IMG/VR virus record: IMGVR_UViG_3300012157_000031
Location: 1 to 26,303 of that record
DNA: 26,303 nt
Direction: 5' to 3' (one strand)
DNA from: a virus
Taxonomy: Duplodnaviria; Caudoviricetes
The translations under genes were made by a program, and so were the position numbers. Numbering within the stretch: the first letter of the stretch is position 1; every line of letters starts with the position of its first letter. Of this stretch, positions 19,912 through 26,232 are shown piece by piece. The notes below the pieces were generated by a model. It was not told the DNA's origin, did no database searches, and was given only the letters and a program-made list of their open reading frames with translations.

Positions 19912-20319
19912 TTACCTCAACTGAATATCTCTACCCTTAGGTCTATAAGGATACTTGAGACTAGCAACTTCAGCTTCTCTTTCCGCAGGACGCTGGCTCA
20001 CCGGAATATTACGTTCTCTATAAGCCTGCCACAAACTTCGTGGTTTCTGCTTAGTGTGAGTATACTCATGAACTAGAAGGTCAATCATATCATCAGGATT
20101 TTGTGCTCTATCCATATTGATAGCAACAGTATTATTGGGATAAGTTAGTCCACCTGTATCCTTGCCCATGAAATACTGTTCAAAAGCATTATAGGGACGA
20201 GTCTTATTAGGCTTAGCCTCGGGCATACGAGCCATAACACCCGCAGCCGTTTTATCGAATAATTCTCGCTGCTTCTCAGCAGAAGGATTAGCGAGTTTCT
20301 TCTCTTTGGGCGGTGGCAA
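19912..20319 (-). CDS. Zincin-like metallopeptidase (HExxH)
   Basis: 'DLLVHEYTHTKQ' plus downstream 'PAEREA' third-ligand motif; TTG start with AAGGA upstream. Confidence 0.7.
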   Translation of the reverse strand: MPPPKEKKLANPSAEKQRELFDKTAAGVMARMPEAKPNKTRPYNAFEQYFMGKDTGGLTYPNNTVAINMDRAQNPDDMIDLLVHEYTHTKQKPRSLWQAYRERNIPVSQRPAEREAEVASLKYPYRPKGRDIQLR

Positions 20320-20638
20320 GGTCTAAGTCCTTCTCAAGTTCTTCCGTAGGAATAGGAGCACTTCGTAGGATTCTAGCTTTCTCTCTATCTTCTGCTTCTA
20401 GCATTTGTCTACGAACATTCCAAGGAACACTAACTGGTCGCGTAGGTTCCATTGGAACTGATACTGGTTCGGGCTGAGGCTTTTCTAGAATCCTATCAAG
20501 AAGTCTTTTATTTTCAATCCTAGAAATTTCAAGCTGCGCCCTAAGAGTTTCACACGATAGACAAACTCGCGCATACTCAAGTTCCTCTTTACAGTGAGGA
20601 CAATGGGGATTGAATAGCTTGTGAAAATAGTTACTCAT
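20288..20638 (-). CDS. Hypothetical protein with CxxC...CxxC knuckle and coiled coil
   Basis: CPHC and CLSC motifs; ATGA overlap with the upstream gene. Confidence 0.7.
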   Translation of the reverse strand: MSNYFHKLFNPHCPHCKEELEYARVCLSCETLRAQLEISRIENKRLLDRILEKPQPEPVSVPMEPTRPVSVPWNVRRQMLEAEDREKARILRSAPIPTEELEKDLDLATAQREETR

Positions 20639-21000
20639 TTAATCCTCAAGTTGATAGGAGCGCCGGGTGTTACGACGAAAGCGAAACTTAAAGGGGCAGA
20701 CTTAACACTCTCCCCCGCAAGATTACTAGCTGTAAGTGTAAGATTATGTGGACCAGGTGTAAATGCTGGAAAAAGAACATCACACTGATAAGGTGAAACA
20801 GTTCCAGCACAAGTTACAGAAACTAGAGTAGTCCCTACTATCGCAGAGTCAGGATAATATTTATAAGTATATCCTTGAGCTTCTGTCAATGTTGGGGCAG
20901 GCTGGTCCCACCCTATTTTGTTAGCTCCAGTTACAGGAGGCTGTGCATATATAGTTGATGCAACGAACAACAGAATAGCTGCAAAAAGAATTCTTTTCAT
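20635..21000 (-). CDS. Secreted fibronectin-III/Ig-like protein with Sec signal peptide
   Basis: MKR plus hydrophobic core plus IYA|Q cleavage site; 'PGPHNLTLTASNLAGES..S' and 'PGAPINLRI' FnIII hallmarks; one Cys pair. Confidence 0.75.
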   Translation of the reverse strand: MKRILFAAILLFVASTIYAQPPVTGANKIGWDQPAPTLTEAQGYTYKYYPDSAIVGTTLVSVTCAGTVSPYQCDVLFPAFTPGPHNLTLTASNLAGESVKSAPLSFAFVVTPGAPINLRIK

Positions 21001-21092
21001 ATAACCCCACTAACCATGTTCCAAATGAGAAAGGTCCACACAATGATGATAGCTAATACAGCCCCCGCGCCTAGTTTCTCACCTATGTCCAT
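20997..21092 (-). CDS. 31-aa single-TM peptide (MDIGEKLGAGAVLAIIIVWTFLIWNMVSGVI); absent from ORF track
   Basis: Overlaps the terminase stop and ends in an ATGA overlap with the next start. Confidence 0.6.
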   Translation of the reverse strand: MDIGEKLGAGAVLAIIIVWTFLIWNMVSGVI

Positions 21093-22752
21093 GATGGAAT
21101 CTACTTACTACTTGCATCTTGGGGACAGCATCAACAGAACGCATATTCCTATAATAGGCTGTCCAATCTCTATTTCCGCTGAGAATCTCCGTTAACATTT
21201 CCTGTCTCTGAATTTTCTCAAATTCCTGAACTGATTCTATAAAATAACGTTCTGCTGAATCACAAGCATATCGCAAGTCATCGTAAGGGTCATCACCCTC
21301 AAATGTCGCCACATCCTCAGCAGGTTTGTTATCTTTAGGCTTATCATAACTACAAGCCCTAATAGCATCAACCATTAAGGGACAGCAATTAGGATGTCCG
21401 TCATGATTACCAGATTCCTCGCATCTAAATATCTGCAACTTAGGAATATTCTTCTCCTCCTCGGGAGGGTCAAACATTCTAAGATATGCCTTATAATCTT
21501 CTAATCCTTTATTCCTCAAAACCCACTGAGCGTATTCCTCACTATAGGTCGGCAAATCAGATGGTGGAACAATCGGCTTTTGCCTCCATCTCAGATATTC
21601 ATGTAGGAGCATCTTTCCTGAGATTCTACTACCAGGAGAATTGTTACTCAGTTCTATTGACCTCCCTAATGCAACCTCAATCTGCTGTTGGATAGTATGT
21701 TCTTGCCCTCTATCCTGACTTGCCGACCTACAAAACTTAATAACTTTAGGATTCTCACGTTCTACAAATGATTTAATGATTGGTGCCCATTCCTCAATCT
21801 TAGTTTTCAACCAGTAAAGTTCACGATATAGATACAGTTTCTTAGTTGGTGAAATAGCATAGAACCCAATATATGTCATCGCCGCGAATCCCCAGTCACC
21901 GATAACCATTTTAGGCCACCAGTCGGGAATTGCAAAGGGTGGGACAACATGTAGCGCGTTTTCTGGCTCATCAGGATAATGCCTATCTCGGAATTCATCA
22001 AAGACTTGTCCTTGATAAGCATCCCAATCTCCAAATTTCCTGGCCTTACGTTCTGCTTCCGATGGTATGCCATCCAGACGAGCAGAGTATTCAGGGTCAG
22101 CATGAGGATTATCGCTGACAGTAGAATGAACATAAAACCGTTTGACATTTCCCTTACCTATGATTATCTTTCCACCATCAGGATAAGGAGTTACAAATCG
22201 TTTCTTTGCAAAAGTATGTCCAATTCCACCCGGCATTCCAGCGGCCCTAATGATAGCAGGTAGTTCAGGGACTTTTGTCCTAACGCGCGTGAAACCGATA
22301 TAAAGATATATGTATTCCGTAAAAGACGTAAGTTCGTCGGGTGTGAATAAATTGATTTCCATTGAGTCGTATTTGTGAACATCTGATTCTTCCTCACAAT
22401 GACCTAAGAAAATCATCGCACCTTCATTTGAACCACCAGTTCCACCGATTTGGTCGGGTCTAGGAAAGGTCCAAACCATGTCAGTCTTATTGAAAGTCGC
22501 CCCGAATTTGGGATATATTTCTCTACTTCTTGGGACGATTTCATTCCGTAATTCGGGAAAAGTCCGACGCATGAATACTTGTTTAAAGGTCGGATGTTCA
22601 TGCCATCTGTGTATAAGTCCATAGACTAACAACACATCAGACTTTCCACTCGCGTTTCCTCCTCCATAGAATGCTTCAAATATAGAATTAGGAAGACTTA
22701 GAAATATCTCCTGTTTCCTATTTGGTCGCCAGAATCCTCGGTCGAAACTCAT
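21079..22752 (-). CDS. terL: Terminase large subunit
   Basis: Q motif 'PNRKQ', Walker A 'GGGNASGKS', Walker B 'FTPDE', coupling motif 'AGMPGG', RNase H-like nuclease 'IGDWG' ... 'DDPYDDLRY'. Confidence 0.95.
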   Translation of the reverse strand: MSFDRGFWRPNRKQEIFLSLPNSIFEAFYGGGNASGKSDVLLVYGLIHRWHEHPTFKQVFMRRTFPELRNEIVPRSREIYPKFGATFNKTDMVWTFPRPDQIGGTGGSNEGAMIFLGHCEEESDVHKYDSMEINLFTPDELTSFTEYIYLYIGFTRVRTKVPELPAIIRAAGMPGGIGHTFAKKRFVTPYPDGGKIIIGKGNVKRFYVHSTVSDNPHADPEYSARLDGIPSEAERKARKFGDWDAYQGQVFDEFRDRHYPDEPENALHVVPPFAIPDWWPKMVIGDWGFAAMTYIGFYAISPTKKLYLYRELYWLKTKIEEWAPIIKSFVERENPKVIKFCRSASQDRGQEHTIQQQIEVALGRSIELSNNSPGSRISGKMLLHEYLRWRQKPIVPPSDLPTYSEEYAQWVLRNKGLEDYKAYLRMFDPPEEEKNIPKLQIFRCEESGNHDGHPNCCPLMVDAIRACSYDKPKDNKPAEDVATFEGDDPYDDLRYACDSAERYFIESVQEFEKIQRQEMLTEILSGNRDWTAYYRNMRSVDAVPKMQVVSRFHHGHR

Positions 22753-23130
22753 TTAGTTACCATTACGAGCATTAATATCAGTTAGAACTCTCTTAGCTTC
22801 ATTATTCTTAACATCAGTCTGAATACGATTAATCTTCGCGGCTACTGTGCTCAATCCACCTGCACCCAATAGTGCAAGGAGAGTCTGATAAGTAGCCTCG
22901 TCAATATAACCCGCAGCATGAAGCCCCGCGAGAATTGCAATAATCGCGGCAATGATGTAAGTCTTGTAAGTCTTTAGCATTTCTTGCATCTCCTTTATAG
23001 ATAACGCAGTATCGAATACTTCTTTCCACCACTTAATATCATTTAATAGTTTAGGATTATCCTTCGCCTTTCTTAGTAAACTATATAATTTCTGTATACG
23101 ATACAGATTAATTAGATTACCCAGTCCCAT
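22753..23130 (-). CDS. Holin-like membrane protein with soluble N-terminal extension
   Basis: C-terminal 'KTYIIAAIIAILAGL..GYID...LLALLGAGGL' two-TM pattern; TAATG coupling at 23130; internal AAGGAG before MQEMLK. Confidence 0.55.
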   Translation of the reverse strand: MGLGNLINLYRIQKLYSLLRKAKDNPKLLNDIKWWKEVFDTALSIKEMQEMLKTYKTYIIAAIIAILAGLHAAGYIDEATYQTLLALLGAGGLSTVAAKINRIQTDVKNNEAKRVLTDINARNGN

Positions 23131-23366
23131 TAGCATGGCCTGAGAGTAATGATACAGTTAGCAGCAGTAGAGCGAATGAATCCTCCAGCTACTTCTTTCT
23201 GTCCATCTACTAGTGTAATGTTCACATCAGCTGTCATCACATCAGTATTGGACTGTTCTAGTGCCGCGCCTGCTGTGTCTACAAATAGGAGACAACGACG
23301 CGCGGGTAGTGCATAGATTGTATTCTGCACAAGAGTATGAGGTCCACCGATTGATAGGAGTTCCAT
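23130..23366 (-). CDS. Small hypothetical beta-rich protein
   Basis: 78 aa, GGAG RBS, tightly packed. Confidence 0.65.
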   Translation of the reverse strand: MELLSIGGPHTLVQNTIYALPARRCLLFVDTAGAALEQSNTDVMTADVNITLVDGQKEVAGGFIRSTAANCIITLRPC

Positions 23367-23368
23367 AT

Positions 23369-23719
23369 TTACTCCGAGTTCTTAACTCGTTCTTCTTCCC
23401 TTGTTCTACCCGCAGCTACACCTTCAGCGAAATCTGCACGCTTAGAAGATTCCATCAACTGACTCAATCTACCATTAACTGCAATCGTCAAGTCCTTCAC
23501 ATGATTAGAAGTTTGACTAGTTTTGAAAGCAGCATACATTGAAGATAGTGTAGCTGTAACGAAAGCCAATAGTAATCCTACAATAGTAATTGCATCCTCT
23601 CTGGTGCTATATAGAATAACTATAACACTTCCAATAACTACAGCAACAGCAAGAATAGTGCCTGCTATAATTAGAAGGTTGTGATGGTCATCTATCTTTT
23701 CCTCATATATTTCGGTCAT
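23369..23719 (-). CDS. Two-TM membrane protein with charged C-terminus (holin-like)
   Basis: Two long hydrophobic segments followed by 'VNGRLSQL' and a charged tail; ATGA overlap. Confidence 0.6.
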   Translation of the reverse strand: MTEIYEEKIDDHHNLLIIAGTILAVAVVIGSVIVILYSTREDAITIVGLLLAFVTATLSSMYAAFKTSQTSNHVKDLTIAVNGRLSQLMESSKRADFAEGVAAGRTREEERVKNSE

Positions 23720-24291
23720 TCTTTTACCTGAACTATATCGAAGACTTTTTCACTTCGCATCTGGGGGCTATAGAAAATGAAGGTAGGTCCAGTATTACCA
23801 GTTGGATTCTTAGACTGTTCAGGTTCCATAGTCTTGATGACAGCAGCCATATCCTTAGCTACACCCGCAATATCCTTAGCCTTCGCATTCTCAATCTTCT
23901 CTTTCGTAAGAGAATTGAGAGCTATGATTAGTTTATTTCGAGCCTTCTTAGCTACGCGGAGTTTAGCTTCATTAATATGAGCTAGATTAGGACGGTCATC
24001 ATATGTAGCTGTAGAAGTGGAACCGTGAGTGTAGGCTGAAACTGAGGAAGGACTAACACCGAATCTGTCTGCTAAATCTAGGGCTGATGCCCGTCCATTG
24101 ATAGTGGCTTCTTCACCTATAATTTTTCGTAAACCTTCTGGGACTTCTACGTTATCTTCGCCTCGTCCTTTATTAATTGGAACGATAGCGACACCTATCC
24201 CATTAACTCCACCTAGAGGAAGTGGAGGACATGGAGTTACATCACTTAGTGCCTTATCGAAATCCTTATCAGATACGATTCCCATACTCAT
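23716..24291 (-). CDS. Putative terminase small subunit (HTH plus helical oligomerisation region)
   Basis: HTH-like 'ASALDLADRFGVSPSSVSAY', two basic helices, terminal beta strand 'PTFIFY'; near the start of the late operon. Confidence 0.5.
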   Translation of the reverse strand: MSMGIVSDKDFDKALSDVTPCPPLPLGGVNGIGVAIVPINKGRGEDNVEVPEGLRKIIGEEATINGRASALDLADRFGVSPSSVSAYTHGSTSTATYDDRPNLAHINEAKLRVAKKARNKLIIALNSLTKEKIENAKAKDIAGVAKDMAAVIKTMEPEQSKNPTGNTGPTFIFYSPQMRSEKVFDIVQVKE

Positions 24292-24326
24292 ATTTTACTC
24301 CGTTTATATGAGCGAATCGAATCGAA

Positions 24327-24563
24327 TTATGAGATAACGATAGTATGAACTCCACCCGCGATAGTGTCAGTAATCGTAGTGACACCATGAAGGTCAAATT
24401 CATAAGTAGGTGCGCCTGCTTCACTACCCTCAAACAACTGAATGACCTCGCGCTTCACATCTACGCGAATAGATGTAAGTCCAGTCAATGCAAGAGAAGT
24501 AATCTGTTTAGCAGGTCCAGTCTTAGCAGTTACAGTAGCAGAGAATGTTGAGTTAGTCCCCAT
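24327..24563 (-). CDS. First gene of late operon, small T/S-rich beta protein
   Basis: 78 aa, AAGGAG RBS. Confidence 0.7.
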   Translation of the reverse strand: MGTNSTFSATVTAKTGPAKQITSLALTGLTSIRVDVKREVIQLFEGSEAGAPTYEFDLHGVTTITDTIAGGVHTIVIS

Positions 24564-24619
24564 TTTGAAACTCCTTTTATTCCGGAAGTCGAATGTTCAG
24601 AGCTTTCCTCTCATGCACC

Positions 24620-24648
24620 ATGCTAGCATGAGTCAGACTGAAAGTCAA
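24620..24648 (-). promoter_or_regulatory. Sigma70-type promoter for the structural operon
   Basis: Minus strand TTGACT-17 nt-TAGCAT with extended -10 TG. Confidence 0.6.
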
Positions 24649-24769
24649 ATTTCTATACACTCCATAGTCTAAGCGCAGCGAAGCAAAGTCAAATTTTCGT
24701 TTTTTTCCTAGAAAATTGGGATGGGTGGTAGTGAATTAATATTAGGGAAAGTCAGATGATTGCTATAGA

Positions 24770-24786
24770 GGCAAATTCCATGCCAA
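24770..24786 (-). promoter_or_regulatory. Sigma54 (RpoN) -24/-12 promoter facing the structural operon
   Basis: Minus strand TTGGCATGGAATTTGCC; exact GG-N10-GC, close to the YTGGCACG-N3-TTGCW consensus. Confidence 0.75.
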
Positions 24787-24840
24787 CTTTTAATAATTGC
24801 GCTGCGGGATACTCCGGTATACTACTTGCATACGTGGCTG

Positions 24841-24865
24841 TAACCTATTGAAAATAAACAAGTTA
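24841..24865. promoter_or_regulatory. Back-to-back IHF-like sites
   Basis: TTTCAATAGGTTA (minus) and AATAAACAAGTTA (plus), each one mismatch from WATCAANNNNTTR. Confidence 0.55.
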
Positions 24866-24870
24866 GAATT

Positions 24871-24925
24871 TTGTCATACATTTACCACGCAATTGTCATA
24901 ATAATATCATACTCCAATTTATGTT
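24871..24925 (+). promoter_or_regulatory. Pho-box-like (PhoB/OmpR family) array of four 11-bp units with a possible -10
   Basis: TTGTCAT, TTACCAC, TTGTCAT and ATATCAT start at 24871, 24882, 24893 and 24904; TATGTT at 24920-24925. Confidence 0.55.
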
Positions 24926-24931
24926 GCCTCG

Positions 24932-25012
24932 TGTCACTTTGAGACAACGATTTATGAGGGTCGTAAGTGACTGACAGGAAGGGGGATAGCGTCCCTGTCT
25001 CGAAAGTGGACA
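24932..25012. promoter_or_regulatory. Two enhancer-like (bEBP UAS) dyads
   Basis: TGTCACTTTGAGACA (24932-24946) and TGTCTCGAAAGTGGACA (24996-25012), near-inverted copies of each other, between the two sigma54 promoters. Confidence 0.5.
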
Positions 25013-25102
25013 GTTTTGGCCACATTCTATGATGCTTCCATTAAACTGTTGAGAATATCGACGCGAAAACATTAGGAAATAAGCGAGTTTTCAGGCCGAA
25101 TG

Positions 25103-25119
25103 CTGGCATGGCAGATGCA
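25103..25119 (+). promoter_or_regulatory. Sigma54 (RpoN) -24/-12 promoter for the rightward unit
   Basis: CTGGCATGGCAGATGCA; exact GG-N10-GC; shares TGGCATGG with the leftward promoter. Confidence 0.7.
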
Positions 25120-25140
25120 ATAGAGTAGGGTAGCGAGTCG

Positions 25141-25153
25141 GTTCTTTGAAAAC
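25141..25153 (+). promoter_or_regulatory. rRNA-operon-type BoxA antitermination element
   Basis: GTTCTTTGAAAAC(TGAATA) matches the BoxA form found in rrn leaders/spacers of many bacteria; about 11 nt after the predicted start site. Confidence 0.65.
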
Positions 25154-25169
25154 TGAATAGGGGATTCGG

Positions 25170-25195
25170 GAGTTGTCACCAAACAAGGACAACTC
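25170..25195 (+). promoter_or_regulatory. 8-bp hairpin partly occluding the RBS of the 128-aa gene
   Basis: GAGTTGTC-10 nt-GACAACTC; AAGGA (25185-25189) straddles the loop and 3' arm; ATG at 25198. Confidence 0.7.
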
Positions 25196-25197
25196 AG

Positions 25198-25584
25198 ATG
25201 CAGACCAAAATCGCCAAGTTTACCTTTTCGGTTCCTGAAGGCCATCCAGAGGCAGGGAAAAAGGTAGAGAAGACTTTCGAGTATTCCGTTTGCGACAATC
25301 AGACGGAAGCGGAAACCATCATCACAGATAAGAAATGGTCTGTGGTCGGAATGGTAAACGACATTCTCAAGGCCAATTCACGCAGTAATGCGTATCAGGC
25401 AGCCCTTCTGCCGTATCGGCCTTCCGAGGTATCTGAGGAAGACATCGTTGAACGTATGGTGCGTGATTACATTCGTCTGGGGTTCCCGGAAGATGTCGCA
25501 CGCAAGCAGATTCAGGCCCTCCGCGCAGCAACCGCTGTTGTTCCTGAGACTGACTCCCAGGAACCTCCGGCAGACTCGAACTAA
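25198..25584 (+). CDS. Hypothetical 128-aa protein, first rightward (probably early) gene
   Basis: AAGGA RBS, own promoter and terminator, visibly more G/C-ending codons than the late genes; beta N-terminus and helical C-terminus. Confidence 0.85.
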   Translation: MQTKIAKFTFSVPEGHPEAGKKVEKTFEYSVCDNQTEAETIITDKKWSVVGMVNDILKANSRSNAYQAALLPYRPSEVSEEDIVERMVRDYIRLGFPEDVARKQIQALRAATAVVPETDSQEPPADSN

Positions 25585-25613
25585 CTAGACTCTTGAGTCC
25601 CCTATTCAGTATC

Positions 25614-25649
25614 CCCGGCGGGGTGAAAATCTCCGCCGGGAATTTTTTT
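25614..25649 (+). terminator. Rho-independent terminator
   Basis: CCCGGCGG(GG)...(CT)CCGCCGGG stem followed by AATTTTTTT. Confidence 0.85.
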
Positions 25650-25692
25650 ATATATGGCTGGCGCTTTGCTTATTGTAACTATTGGAGGGAAT

Positions 25693-25944
25693 ATGAAAGT
25701 CCTGTGGCAATATCATTCCATTACAGCTCGCGGCGATAATGATATCATTATCAAAGCTAATAACAATCTAGCTTATGATTTCCTACACGCGCTTTCTACT
25801 GTAGCTAATGGTATGAAGCGCGTTCATACTGTTGAGGAGGCAGATAATTACTTCAGGAATACTGAATCAGGAGTCGTTAGCGAGGAGATAGATAATATAG
25901 AGGAGTTCTGCGATTGTCCTCTTAATGTTGATTATATCTGGTAG
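25693..25944 (+). CDS. Hypothetical protein (83 aa from MKVLW)
   Basis: GGAGG RBS before the ATG at 25693; start revised from 25654. Confidence 0.6.
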   Translation: MKVLWQYHSITARGDNDIIIKANNNLAYDFLHALSTVANGMKRVHTVEEADNYFRNTESGVVSEEIDNIEEFCDCPLNVDYIW

Positions 25945-26208
25945 TGGCATGACTTATTGTATGTAGCAAATATGCTATCAGATTTATAACGGAACCGTAT
26001 ACGACCGGATTCTCTACTATTTCCTTACTGATACCCTACTCATTCCGCCCTCTTTCCCCCCTGCCCGATTCGACCTATCTCGTTCATTCCGAAGGACTTA
26101 CAGCTAGGGGAGGGACTCTCCCATGAGGCAATAGGGGCACTTTCAGCCCTTTGTCATCGGAATAGGACACTGGGCTGTCGGGAGTGTGAGAGTTATATCT
26201 TCTCTTTA

Positions 26209-26232
26209 TTTTTTTTTTTTTTTTTTTTTTTT
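26209..26232 (+). repeat. T24 homopolymer in a non-coding region
   Basis: 24 consecutive T. Confidence 0.9.

Larger units (their letters stand above)
25152..25610 (+). repeat. 22-nt inverted repeat (25152-25173 / 25589-25610) enclosing the 128-aa gene
   Basis: ACUGAAUAGGGGAUUCGGGAGU pairs with ACUCUUGAGUCCCCUAUUCAGU: 19 Watson-Crick plus 3 G-U pairs on the plus-strand RNA. Confidence 0.9.

Noticed and set aside
996-24672. Numerous plus-strand ORFs in the track antisense to late genes
   Set aside because: Shadow frames of minus-strand genes, without RBS or protein-like composition.
25152-25610. IS/MITE terminal inverted repeats, invertible segment or retron a1/a2 arms
   Set aside because: No transposase, recombinase or reverse transcriptase in the window, no target-site duplication seen, and strand-specific G-U pairing favours an mRNA helix.
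25944-25962. TGGCATGACTTATTGT as another sigma54 promoter
   Set aside because: No GC at the required GG-N10 spacing.
25949-26126. ORF readable through an in-frame TAG (stop-codon recoding)
   Set aside because: TAG and TGA terminate well-supported genes elsewhere, and genes pack tightly under the standard code.
26086-26163. Hammerhead ribozyme on the minus strand (CCGAUGA...GAAA)
   Set aside because: The core is not CUGANGA, and GAAA lies in a hairpin loop rather than after stem II.
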